From: Candidatus Firestoneibacteriota bacterium
GTDB taxonomy: Bacteria; Oederibacteriota; Muellerivitia; Muellerivitales; Muellerivitaceae
DNA length: 64,000 nucleotides
Reading direction: 5' to 3'
Assembly (NCBI GenBank): GCA_013286205.1
Contig: JABDGD010000004.1
Span: forward strand, 4,293 to 68,292
The translations under genes and the position numbers were made by a program. The stretch's first letter is position 1, and every line of letters begins with the position of its first letter. Positions 24,369-33,691 of this stretch are shown piece by piece. Below the pieces are notes generated by a model. It did no database searches and had not been told where the DNA came from. It saw only the letters and a program-made list of their open reading frames with translations.

Positions 24369-26336
24369 ATGAACAAAACCACGGCCTCTTCTTTTCGCTT
24401 AAACCCCTGGGTTCTTTTTGTCATTTTTTTAGCTGCCAATAGCCTGCTTTCTTACGCGGGCTTGCCGCTGCAAGCGCAGCTCTGGGTGGGTCTGCTCGGC
24501 CTGGTTCTGCCTTTTGGTTTAGCCTTCACCCAAGCGCGAAGCGCCGACCCGATTTTTAAAAAATCGGAAAGCTTTGATCAAAAATGTTTCGACCCGCCGG
24601 CGGCCTTGTGGATTCTTTTCTTTTTTCTACTCATCCTCACCCGCTTTTACCGCTTCACCACCCTGCCCGTTTGGCCCCTGGCCGATGAGGCCCAAATTGG
24701 CCTGTTGGGCATAGACCAGGCCCGTCACTGGCACGGAAACCTTTTGTGGTGCGCCACCCGGGTAGAGCCCATGATTTTTTGGGTGATGGGTTTGTACTTT
24801 AAGCTCTTCGAGCCTTCTTTTTTCTCACTGCGGCTTCTGCCCGCTCTTTTTTCGATCGCGGTGCCTTTGGCGGGTTACTGGGCCGCGCGGCAGTGCTTTT
24901 CTAAACTCACGTCTTTCCTTTTCGCCTGGCTGATGGCCTTTTCCTTTGGGGAACTAACCCTGTCGCGCTTTTTATCCACCGTCATGCTGGTACCGTTATT
25001 TCAATGCCTCGTTTTGGTTTTTCTGGGAAAACTTTTGTCGCAAGCCAAGCCGGCCTGGAAAACCTTAATCGGCTTAAGCCTTCTGGCGGGTATCGGCTTT
25101 TATACCTGGACCAATTGGATTTCGGTTTGGTTGGCCATCGCGGCGGTCTTGTTCTTTTATTTCTTTTTGGAGAAACCGAAAAACGCGGGGGGCTTTGCCC
25201 TTTTCACGCTCGTAACCCTGGCGGTGATTTTGCCGCTGATTTTCGCCCGGTTGGAACCGGGTGGAATGAACCATATTACGCAGGTGGGTGGATTTCCCTC
25301 TTGGCGGATTTTATTTCTCTACCTGCGGGGAATTTTTTGGGACGGCCTTTCCAGTTTTCCTTATGGCTCCAACTGGGGCGGCATCTTTAATCCGATCTTG
25401 GACAGCCTTCTCTTGATGGGTATTCTTTATCTGCTTCAAACCGCGAACCGAAAATGGATTCTTTTCGTCTCGGCCTGCGCCTTTTTTCCCCTGCTGCTGG
25501 CAGCCTTGACCTGGTCTGTGGAGTTATACCGAATTCTCCCGCTTTTGACGCTGTTCACCTTTCTGGCGGCCTTGGGAATTCGCGCGCTGATGCCCGGCGG
25601 AAGCCGGCTTCGATCCCTGGGCGTCATCGCCTTATGCCTTTTCGGATCTTTTGGTTTGGACGCGGACAACTTTATTTTTCATTACAGCGATTTTCAAAAT
25701 AATCCCGGCGCTCAAAAGTGGCGCAGCCTGGAACATTTGCACGCTTTTCAAATTATGGAAAAGCTCAGCGAACAAACCGGCCCGCTTTATGTTTTTTCGG
25801 AATTTTTGACCGACTATGATGACCGGACTTTAAACATTGTGGATTACCCGATCGACGCGCTTCAAAACCCAAGACTGTCCCAATCCCATCCCCAATGGGC
25901 GGTCCTGTTGGATCACATCGATTACGCGCCCTATTTGATGAAGCGCTTCCCCGGCATGAAGTATGAGCAATTGGCCAAAGACAACAGCCTGGGTTTGTTT
26001 TTAATTCCCGCGGCTCAAATAGCGCCCGGGGACTTAAAAGCCTGGATTGAAGCGGACCGGGTTTACCGGCAGGTGGATTTAAATATTAAAAATAAAAACC
26101 CGCTCTTCCCCTGGGGAAAATTTACGGAACAATTCGCGGGCTTGAAAAGCTTTGATACGGGAGACCGATTCTTAAACTCGGTTTTCTGGGAAAAAACCGC
26201 TTCGTTTAAAGTGATGGCTGGAAACTTCATTGACGCCGCGAAGGCTTACGGAAAAGCGTCCCAAACCGGCTACCCCGCGGCGCATCTTCGCTACGACGCG
26301 GCTCTGGCGGCTAAGTTAGTGGGCAAATTGAATTAG
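24369..26336 (+). CDS. GT-C fold (ArnT/PMT, GT39/83-like) membrane glycosyltransferase, paralog 1
   Basis: RFYR..WPLADEA luminal DE motif, multiple TM helices, GGIFNP, GPLYVFSEF, GYPAAHL shared with paralogs. Confidence 0.75.
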   Translation: MNKTTASSFRLNPWVLFVIFLAANSLLSYAGLPLQAQLWVGLLGLVLPFGLAFTQARSADPIFKKSESFDQKCFDPPAALWILFFFLLILTRFYRFTTLPVWPLADEAQIGLLGIDQARHWHGNLLWCATRVEPMIFWVMGLYFKLFEPSFFSLRLLPALFSIAVPLAGYWAARQCFSKLTSFLFAWLMAFSFGELTLSRFLSTVMLVPLFQCLVLVFLGKLLSQAKPAWKTLIGLSLLAGIGFYTWTNWISVWLAIAAVLFFYFFLEKPKNAGGFALFTLVTLAVILPLIFARLEPGGMNHITQVGGFPSWRILFLYLRGIFWDGLSSFPYGSNWGGIFNPILDSLLLMGILYLLQTANRKWILFVSACAFFPLLLAALTWSVELYRILPLLTLFTFLAALGIRALMPGGSRLRSLGVIALCLFGSFGLDADNFIFHYSDFQNNPGAQKWRSLEHLHAFQIMEKLSEQTGPLYVFSEFLTDYDDRTLNIVDYPIDALQNPRLSQSHPQWAVLLDHIDYAPYLMKRFPGMKYEQLAKDNSLGLFLIPAAQIAPGDLKAWIEADRVYRQVDLNIKNKNPLFPWGKFTEQFAGLKSFDTGDRFLNSVFWEKTASFKVMAGNFIDAAKAYGKASQTGYPAAHLRYDAALAAKLVGKLN

Positions 26337-26405
26337 GGTTAAAAATGAAAAAGGCCTCGAACGAGGCCTAGTCTTACGATTCCCTTGAACCGGCAGTTTT
26401 AAAAT

Positions 26406-26591
26406 TTAAATTTCCACCACCACCGAGCGTCTTTCTTTAGGGGCGCGGCTTCTTTGCTTTTCATACCAGCAGGACATGCAAAGATGTTGGTCTTGATCCT
26501 CGATGATGCAGGAATCCTTCGGCCCGGCAATCTGGCAGCGGTCGCATTCGTAAAGCGTTTCTCCCAATTCATTTGTTTCGACTAGTCTCAT
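26406..26591 (-). CDS. Small CxxC-CxxC zinc-ribbon protein
   Basis: YECDRCQ...IIEDQDQHLCMSCW; paralog of the upstream ORF. Confidence 0.6.
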   Translation of the reverse strand: MRLVETNELGETLYECDRCQIAGPKDSCIIEDQDQHLCMSCWYEKQRSRAPKERRSVVVEI

Positions 26592-26630
26592 AAAATTCAC
26601 CCTCTTTCTTTTAAAAAATCCCCCGCCCAA

Positions 26631-26813
26631 CTAAAACGAGATTCTGGTTTGCGGCTTCAGCTTTTTCATTTCCAACTGCCGGTTGATGGATAAACATCTC
26701 CAGCAGTGATAAGAACCTTCATCCTCAATAATTTCCGTAATAAGCTCGCCCACCATCCGGCAGCGGTCGCATTGAAACAGAACGCTTTCTGAAAACTGAT
26801 CCAAGATCAACAT
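26631..26813 (-). CDS. Small CxxC-CxxC zinc-ribbon protein
   Basis: FQCDRCR...IIEDEGSYHCWRCL; strong AGGAGG RBS. Confidence 0.65.
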   Translation of the reverse strand: MLILDQFSESVLFQCDRCRMVGELITEIIEDEGSYHCWRCLSINRQLEMKKLKPQTRISF

Positions 26814-26986
26814 AGAGATCCTCCTTTCAGCGGACTTCGCCCCGGGAGGATGTGGATCAAGAGTGGTCCGATAGCGTGACTATAGTTTGGGAATTGAATG
26901 TAAAAAGCGGGTGACGGAGAAAGCCTAGTTTTGTTACAACGCGGGGGATGAAACGGTAGAAAACAAATGGAAAACGGTAACCCTGT

Positions 26987-27340
26987 CTATCTGGCTCGGT
27001 AGTAATAGCTCGGAGGAGTGACGAAATAAACCCCGCCGTAATTTCTGACCGGGTAGGTCCCTGCGGGGAAAAGGTATCCCCACTGATTGTGATAAGTTAA
27101 TTGAGGATTGTGAAACCGGTAAATAGCCACATCTTCGGGGGTCCAATACCACACGTTAGCTTTGTACCCGGGGCACAGGGGCGACGGACAGGTTTGAACT
27201 AAGGTATTCGTTTGAGTGGTGTGATTAGGCGACCAGCCAAAGTGAGTCTCGGATTTACTCGAATAAATAGTTCTCATCGGCGGATCGGCCAGCGCCGCGC
27301 CAGTAACGATGACAGAAATTAGGATTAAGAAGAACCGCAT
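26987..27340 (-). CDS. Small secreted hypothetical protein
   Basis: Signal peptide MRFFLILISVIVTGAALA; GAGG RBS; Tyr/Pro-rich mature part. Confidence 0.55.
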   Translation of the reverse strand: MRFFLILISVIVTGAALADPPMRTIYSSKSETHFGWSPNHTTQTNTLVQTCPSPLCPGYKANVWYWTPEDVAIYRFHNPQLTYHNQWGYLFPAGTYPVRNYGGVYFVTPPSYYYRAR

Positions 27341-27439
27341 AAAAACCTCGATTGAAGTAACTATCCTAACGCCCTTTTTGTCTGTTTCTGAAGTAAAGCT
27401 TAAGGATTTAAAGCTCGGTTTTTCCTTATTTAGTACGAA

Positions 27440-28729
27440 TTAATGGATAGCAAACACTTCATTAAGCGTTGGATGGGGATGAAGAATCCGATCCAGTTGA
27501 TCCACGGTGACCTTTTGAGTCACTAACACGCAGGCTTCACCGATCAGGTCCGTCGCTTCGGGACCCACTAATTGGATACCCACAATGAGACCGGTGTCGC
27601 CATCGGTGACCATCTTAGACCAGCCTTGTATCTCATTCAAAATGCGGGCCTTGCTGTTGGCCGCGAAATTATTTTTATACACCTTCACGTTTTTAAAAAT
27701 CTCGCGCGCTTCGGATTCGCTTAAGCCCACCGCCGCGATTTCGGGTGAGGTGAAAATGACATGGGGCACTTTGGTGTCATCCATCGTTTCGAGAGAATTA
27801 GGATTAATAATTTTTTGTGCCAGGATTCTGGCATGTTCATAAGCGGTATGCGCGTAAGGATATTTACCCGTCAGATCGCCCAGGGCGTAAACATTTTCCA
27901 CAGAGGTTTGTAAAAAGCCGTTGGTCTCGATTTTGCCGTTTTGCGTTTTAACATTTAAAGCCGGAATGCCCGCCACGTCGGAGTTGGGCGCCCGGCCCAC
28001 TGCCACCAAAATCATTTCCTCATCCTTGGGTTCGACCGCCGATAAACCCAGTTCTACTTCCACGCCCAGCTTGCGCAAAGCGTTCAGCAATATCTGGCCG
28101 ATTTCCTCATCCATGTTCGGCAGAATTTTCGGCATCACATCGCCCACCCGCACCTTCACGCCCAACTGGGCGTAAAGACAGGCAAACTCCAGACCGATAA
28201 CACCCGCGCCCACAATCAGCAGCGACTTGGGCAATCGCGGCTGCGAAAGCAGTTCATCACTGGTGACAACATTCCCCCCGACTTTGAAGCCCGTCAACTG
28301 CCTTGGCCGAGACCCCACGGCCAAAATTAAATGATCGCCTTGAAACTCTTCCCCATTACATTCAACCGTCGTTTTGTTTTTAATCACCGCTTCGCCCTGA
28401 ATAACTTCCACCTTCGCGGTCGAAAGCATGGACTGAATACCCCGCTCTAATATCGAGAGCGTCTTTTGAGTGCGGTCCGCCATGGTTTGAAAATTGAAAT
28501 GGATGTTATCGGCCTCAATACCCCAGGCCTTACCCTCTTTGGAGAAGGTATGAAACCGAGTCGCGGCGGATTGAAGTAATTTAGTGGGGATACAGCCAAC
28601 TTGCAGACAGGAGCCGCCAAGTTTCTTTTTCTCAAAGAGAGCGACGGTCTTGCCGCCCTGGGCTAACAGTTGGGCCGACCGGTAGCCGCCAGGTCCGCCG
28701 CCAATAATGAGTACGTCAAAATTTTTCAT
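27440..28729 (-). CDS. lpdA: Dihydrolipoyl dehydrogenase
   Basis: GGGPGGY, GGSCLQVGCIPTK redox disulfide, GAGVIGLE, HPTLNE; start at ATG 28729. Confidence 0.95.
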   Translation of the reverse strand: MKNFDVLIIGGGPGGYRSAQLLAQGGKTVALFEKKKLGGSCLQVGCIPTKLLQSAATRFHTFSKEGKAWGIEADNIHFNFQTMADRTQKTLSILERGIQSMLSTAKVEVIQGEAVIKNKTTVECNGEEFQGDHLILAVGSRPRQLTGFKVGGNVVTSDELLSQPRLPKSLLIVGAGVIGLEFACLYAQLGVKVRVGDVMPKILPNMDEEIGQILLNALRKLGVEVELGLSAVEPKDEEMILVAVGRAPNSDVAGIPALNVKTQNGKIETNGFLQTSVENVYALGDLTGKYPYAHTAYEHARILAQKIINPNSLETMDDTKVPHVIFTSPEIAAVGLSESEAREIFKNVKVYKNNFAANSKARILNEIQGWSKMVTDGDTGLIVGIQLVGPEATDLIGEACVLVTQKVTVDQLDRILHPHPTLNEVFAIH

Positions 28730-28785
28730 GCGTCTCCCCCGTAATGAGGGTGTCATTATCACGATTCAACGCTTCTAAGAAAAGC

Positions 28786-29487
28786 CTATCGTTCAAATTG
28801 AACGCCTTGGGACTTAAAAGCTTGAATCAGCGCCTTTTCTAGTTCTTCTCTTTTAATAGCCTGCAAGGCGGGATCATCATTGAGCCCCGCCATGTTTTCC
28901 ACACTCGAAGCAGGAAAAGCTTTTTTCCAATCGTCCGACACCGATAAAAGAATCACACCCTGCTGTAAAAACACGCCGCCTTCCCGGGCCTGCGCGCCGC
29001 CCGCGACTTTTTTGCCCTTCCAGGTGAGTTCAGCCTGCGAGGGCGCAGAAAAACAATGCGGGTCGCCCAGACCTAAATGCTTTTCGGTGGTCATTTGCAC
29101 GTCGCGCCCCAGGCTTTGGATGCCCTTCGCCAATAGCTTGCTGATCTTGCAATAGCTGTCGATGAGCGTGCCGCCCACTAGCGCGTTGTCTTTAGAAGCC
29201 ACAATGGCGTAGCAAAGATCGCCCGCGCCGTGCAAAACCGCCCGGCCCCCCGTGGGACGCACTTCATAGGGAAAGGGCAGGCTATCGAGTTTGAACCGGC
29301 GGGCTTCTAAACGTCCCAGCGTGAAAGTAGGTTTTGAAAAATAAAAAAAGCGCAGAATGGGAGCGTCGCCCGCCTGAAAGCTTTTAAACAGTTCGGCGTC
29401 ATAGGCCATTTGGTCTTGCGACAGCGATGGGGATGATGGGATAAGCTGCCACCGCCGAGAATCGGCGGAATTTTGAATTAAATCCAA
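28786..29487 (-). CDS. Lipoate-protein ligase family / LipM-like octanoyltransferase
   Basis: LRFF....TLG, RPTGGRAVLH, CFSAPS, KKVAGGAQ. Confidence 0.85.
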   Translation of the reverse strand: MDLIQNSADSRRWQLIPSSPSLSQDQMAYDAELFKSFQAGDAPILRFFYFSKPTFTLGRLEARRFKLDSLPFPYEVRPTGGRAVLHGAGDLCYAIVASKDNALVGGTLIDSYCKISKLLAKGIQSLGRDVQMTTEKHLGLGDPHCFSAPSQAELTWKGKKVAGGAQAREGGVFLQQGVILLSVSDDWKKAFPASSVENMAGLNDDPALQAIKREELEKALIQAFKSQGVQFER

Positions 29488-29567
29488 AAATCACTCCTAA
29501 AAATAAAAGCGGCCAAAGCCGCTTTCCTTAATTCAAAATTCATAATTTAAAATTTAGAATTGTGTGT

Positions 29568-29891
29568 TCAGAAGCTAACAGAGCTGCCGCAGCCGCAGGA
29601 ACCCTTGGTATTAGGATTTTCAATCACAAAACCCGAACCGCGAAAATCATCAATGTAATCCACTTTGGAACCAGCCAGATACTTGGCACTTTGAGGGTCA
29701 ATCAAGATGCGGATTTCGCCCGCTTCGTTAATTTCGTCGTCGTCTTTTTTATCGTCAAAGGTAAACCCATAAGAAAATCCGCTGCAGCCGCCGCCTTCCA
29801 CATAGATACGGAAATCTTTGCCCTGGTAGTCCGCGCTTTGGGTGGCAAAGTTCTTTACCTTGTTAACGGCGTTTTCAGTTAATTGAATCAT
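29568..29891 (-). CDS. erpA: Iron-sulfur cluster insertion protein (HesB/IscA/ErpA family)
   Basis: GGGCSGFSYGF, NPNTKGSCGCGSS. Confidence 0.9.
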   Translation of the reverse strand: MIQLTENAVNKVKNFATQSADYQGKDFRIYVEGGGCSGFSYGFTFDDKKDDDEINEAGEIRILIDPQSAKYLAGSKVDYIDDFRGSGFVIENPNTKGSCGCGSSVSF

Positions 29892-29960
29892 TCAACTTCT
29901 CCTCTGTCGGAAGTCAATCTTCTCGACGCTTCTATTATATCGGCTTCTTCCCGCTGTGCG

Positions 29961-30473
29961 TCAAGACGGGACCACGATCCCCGGCTGACCATCAACTTTT
30001 TTGCCCTGAATAAACAATAAACCCACGCGAGACGGCCCTAAAACACCGCGGGACCCTTCGGACTGCCGGCCCGAAAAAGAACCAGGATTGAAAAAATAAG
30101 TTTCACCCACCTGCCGGGCTTTGGGTTCGAAATTGTTGCCGTATACAATCACATTCACCGGATCATTCTCAAACTGCTTGAGCATCCAAGGCATGAGGGA
30201 ATGCGGTTCTCCGTAGCCATGAACCAACCCGATCTTGAAACCCTGATAGCGCCATACGGATTTGACATAAAGTTCCGAACGAATCTCGAAAGATTCCGCG
30301 TTCCCGCAAACCGCCTCGGTCGGCGCGATTTGTTTGAGCTGATCTATCACCCGCACATCGCCCACAGGTCCCGCGTGTAGAATCGCGTCAACGCCTTTGA
30401 AAACCTGACGGAGTTCTTTTAGTTGGACGGGCGATAACAGTTCTTTGGTGTCCGCGATAACGCCCACAATCAT
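29961..30473 (-). CDS. YfcE/Vps29-like metallophosphoesterase fold with degenerate metal ligands
   Basis: GVIADTK, ILHAGP, VCGNAE, LVHG, VYGNNF, FNPGS. Confidence 0.75.
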   Translation of the reverse strand: MIVGVIADTKELLSPVQLKELRQVFKGVDAILHAGPVGDVRVIDQLKQIAPTEAVCGNAESFEIRSELYVKSVWRYQGFKIGLVHGYGEPHSLMPWMLKQFENDPVNVIVYGNNFEPKARQVGETYFFNPGSFSGRQSEGSRGVLGPSRVGLLFIQGKKVDGQPGIVVPS

Positions 30474-30542
30474 CTAAAACTCCTTATTTTGACATCACAA
30501 CCGTTTAACTTTACACTAGCCGTCCAAACCAAAAGGCACATT

Positions 30543-30634
30543 AACCACGGAGTTCACAGAGTACACGGAGTAAAACGAAGAAAAGACTAATGATTTTGTT
30601 TTAACTCTGTGCCCTCCGTGTACTCTGTGGTGAA
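30543..30634. repeat. Nonamer-periodic inverted repeat element
   Basis: accacggagttcacagagtacacggag ... ctctgtgccctccgtgtactctgtggt. Confidence 0.8.
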
Positions 30635-30636
30635 AA

Positions 30637-32292
30637 TTGGAAGGTCTGAAATTGAAAATCGCCGTCTGCCAGATCAATACAACCGTCGGGGATTTTAACG
30701 GCAACGTTGAAAAGATCCTAGCTTCCCTGAAAAAGGCCAAAGCGGACGGCTGTGCCCTGGCGTTGTTCCCTGAACTGACCCTGACTGGCTACCCGCCGCG
30801 CGATCTTTTGGACCGCGCCTCCTTTCTGGAAGCGTCGAAAAAAGCCGTCGAAACCGTCGCCCAGGGCGCCCAGGGCATTGTGGCCGTGGTCGGAACCCTG
30901 CTGGAAAACAAAGGCTCGGGCAACGCGCTTTTTAACAGCGCGGTCGCGGTGAAAGACGGCCAGGTGCTTTACACCGTTCACAAAACCCTTTTGCCGAACT
31001 ATGACGTATTTGACGAAGCCCGCTATTTCGCGCCGGCTGCCGAACCCGCCAAACCTTTTGAGTATGAGGGACTAAAAATCGGCATCACCATTTGTGAGGA
31101 CATTTGGAACATGCCGGGTTTTGAGACCCATAAGCTTTATCAGCGCGATCCCCTGACCGAACTGGCCAAGCACAAACCGGATGTGGTTCTCAATTTATCC
31201 GCCTCTCCTTTTCACGCCGCCAAACTTTCCACCCGCAAGAAACTGCTGAAAGCCGCCACCGAAACCGTGAACGCGCCGGTAGTTTATTGCAACCTGGTGG
31301 GAGGCAATGACGAGTTGATTTTTGACGGCAATAGCATGGTAACCGACGTGATGGGCAACACTGCCCAGCTGGGCAAAAGTTTTGAAGAAGACTATCTCAT
31401 CTATGACACCTCGGCGCCTTCAAAGATGTCCACCACAGGCCCATTGAGCGACATTGAAACGGTTCATCAAGCTATTGTGCTGGGTACCCGCGATTATGTG
31501 CGCAAATGCGGTTTTGAAAAAGTTCTGATTGGTTTATCCGGCGGTATCGACTCCGCTTTGGTCGCCGCCATCGCAGTGGAAGCTCTGGGGTCCGCTAATG
31601 TCATGGGCGTCACTATGCCGTCGCCCTTTTCTTCCAAAGGTTCTATAGAAGACTCACGCCAGTTAGCGAAGACACTTCAGATAGAGTTTAAAGAGATTCC
31701 CATTTCGCCTCTATTTGAGGAAGCGCTCAAAGACCTGACGCCTTTCTTCGAGGGAAAACCTTCGGACGCTACGGAAGAAAACATTCAGGCCCGCCTGCGC
31801 GGCATCACCCTGATGGCGCTTTCCAATAAATTGAACCGGTTAGTCTTGTCCACTGGCAACAAAAGCGAGATCGCGGTGGGCTATTGCACCCTTTACGGCG
31901 ACATGTGCGGCGGACTGGCGGTGATTTCGGATATCCCTAAAGTGATGGTTTACGAACTGGCCAAACACATTAACCAACACAAGGAAATCATCCCGGAAGC
32001 GACTATCACCAAGCCGCCCTCAGCCGAGCTGCGGCCCAATCAAAAAGATAGGGACTCGCTACCTCCCTATGAAACCCTCGACGCAATCCTGCGTTTATAT
32101 GTGGAAGAGAACCAATCGCCGGACAAAATCGTCAAGGCGGGCTTTGATGTGGGCGTGGTGAAGGACATCGTCAAAAAGATTAACCAAAACGAATACAAAC
32201 GCCGTCAAATGGCCCCCGGCCTCAAGGTCACTACCAAAGCCTTTGGCATGGGACGCCGTATTCCCATCGCGCAAAAATTCAAAGAGAAGTAA
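30637..32292 (+). CDS. nadE: Glutamine-dependent NAD+ synthetase
   Basis: FPEL, LPNYDVFDEARYF, TICEDIW, GLSGGIDS, STGNKSE, YCTLYGD, PSAELRPNQKD. Confidence 0.97.
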   Translation: MEGLKLKIAVCQINTTVGDFNGNVEKILASLKKAKADGCALALFPELTLTGYPPRDLLDRASFLEASKKAVETVAQGAQGIVAVVGTLLENKGSGNALFNSAVAVKDGQVLYTVHKTLLPNYDVFDEARYFAPAAEPAKPFEYEGLKIGITICEDIWNMPGFETHKLYQRDPLTELAKHKPDVVLNLSASPFHAAKLSTRKKLLKAATETVNAPVVYCNLVGGNDELIFDGNSMVTDVMGNTAQLGKSFEEDYLIYDTSAPSKMSTTGPLSDIETVHQAIVLGTRDYVRKCGFEKVLIGLSGGIDSALVAAIAVEALGSANVMGVTMPSPFSSKGSIEDSRQLAKTLQIEFKEIPISPLFEEALKDLTPFFEGKPSDATEENIQARLRGITLMALSNKLNRLVLSTGNKSEIAVGYCTLYGDMCGGLAVISDIPKVMVYELAKHINQHKEIIPEATITKPPSAELRPNQKDRDSLPPYETLDAILRLYVEENQSPDKIVKAGFDVGVVKDIVKKINQNEYKRRQMAPGLKVTTKAFGMGRRIPIAQKFKEK

Positions 32293-32414
32293 GTTTGAAT
32301 TCCCGGTCAATTTATTTTCAATCCGCCTAACAACCTGTGTTATAAATAATCGGTAGGAAAGTTCCCGCTGGGCGTTGCGGGTTTTTTTAGTTCAAAAGCT
32401 AAAATCATTTTCCG

Positions 32415-33137
32415 TTGGAGGCTTCTGTGGCTGAACCGCTTTGGAATTACAGCATCAAGTGCCCTTTCTGCGAAGCCAAGTTTGAGACCACCCGCATGCG
32501 CACCTCCGCCATCCGCACCAAAGAACTCATGAGCGATTTCGGCAATATCTTTGAGGGTGAATGCCCTTACGTTTACGCCATCACGGTTTGCCCGACTTGT
32601 TCTTTCGCCGCGCGCAATTCTGACTTTGAGAAAATCCGCGTTCAATCCGAGGCCAAGATTATGGCCGCCAGCAAGCAGCTGCGTCTTTCTACCAAACCGA
32701 AACCGGATATTTTTAAATTAGGTCCCAGCACTCCTGAGGTGGCTGTGAAGCGTTTTGAACTGGCGATTGCCTTCTACAAAATGCGTTATGTGGTCGAAAT
32801 GGGCGTCTTGGCCAATATGAACCTGCATGTGGTTTGGCTTTACCGTTTAGCGGGCAATAAAGAAAAAGAACAGTTGGCCCTGGCTCAAGCCGCCGCTATT
32901 TATGAAGAGTACCTGGCCAAAGCCTATACCCTGCCCGAAAGCCTGGGCGAACCCGGCGTGATTTACCTGATCGGCGATCTCACCCGCCGCCAGGGAAAAC
33001 TAAAAGAAGCCCGCCGCTTGTTTGAATCCGCTCTCGCCAGCAAAGAAATCAAAGACTATCCCAAAATCGCCGATATGAGCCGGGATATGATTCAGCTGAT
33101 CAAAGACGAGATGGAAAAAACCTCTCAAACCGCGTAA
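32415..33137 (+). CDS. DUF2225 family protein (Zn-finger plus TPR-like helices)
   Basis: CPFCEAKF, SDF...Y.ITVCPTCSFAA, WLYR, YLIGDL.RR. Confidence 0.8.
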   Translation: MEASVAEPLWNYSIKCPFCEAKFETTRMRTSAIRTKELMSDFGNIFEGECPYVYAITVCPTCSFAARNSDFEKIRVQSEAKIMAASKQLRLSTKPKPDIFKLGPSTPEVAVKRFELAIAFYKMRYVVEMGVLANMNLHVVWLYRLAGNKEKEQLALAQAAAIYEEYLAKAYTLPESLGEPGVIYLIGDLTRRQGKLKEARRLFESALASKEIKDYPKIADMSRDMIQLIKDEMEKTSQTA

Positions 33138-33223
33138 TCACGGATTGATTCAACCGCATTCCTAAGACACAATGTCGGCCTGCCCTGAGTTTATCGAAGG
33201 GCCGACATCTTTCCGAGGTCCTT

Positions 33224-33691
33224 ATGCCTAAACCCATTGTCGAGATCACTAAAGAAATTACCTTTGAGGCCGCTCATTACCTTCACAATCCTAAATGGGA
33301 CCGGGCCAAGAATTTAGACGTCTTTAAAAAATGCTCCGGTTACCGCCACGATGATCCCAAAGCGATCTATTATCCCCACGGCCATTCTTACCGCCTGCGT
33401 GTTACCGTCAAGGCCACACCCCATCCCGAAACCGGCTTTGTGATGGACTTTAAGGCCCTCAAGACGGTCCTCGAGGCCAATGTTTTTAACCAGTTTGACC
33501 ACCGCTTTATCAATAAAGAAGTCGAGCCCTTCAAGGACAACCCGAACTTTCAAACCACAGTGGAAAATTTATTATTGGTGATGTGGGCCAACATCAAACT
33601 GGCTTTACAAAAAGAGAAAGTCATTTTGTCGGAAATCAGCCTGTGGGAAACCCCGACCAGCTTCGCCACCTACCGCGGCGAGAAGAAATAA
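33224..33691 (+). CDS. queD: 6-carboxytetrahydropterin synthase (QueD/PTPS)
   Basis: FEAAH, KC, HGHSY, GFVMDF, DHRFIN, TVEN, LWETP. Confidence 0.88.
   Translation: MPKPIVEITKEITFEAAHYLHNPKWDRAKNLDVFKKCSGYRHDDPKAIYYPHGHSYRLRVTVKATPHPETGFVMDFKALKTVLEANVFNQFDHRFINKEVEPFKDNPNFQTTVENLLLVMWANIKLALQKEKVILSEISLWETPTSFATYRGEKK

Noticed and set aside
33138-33223. preQ1 riboswitch before queD
   Set aside because: No recognisable preQ1 core or A-rich tail.
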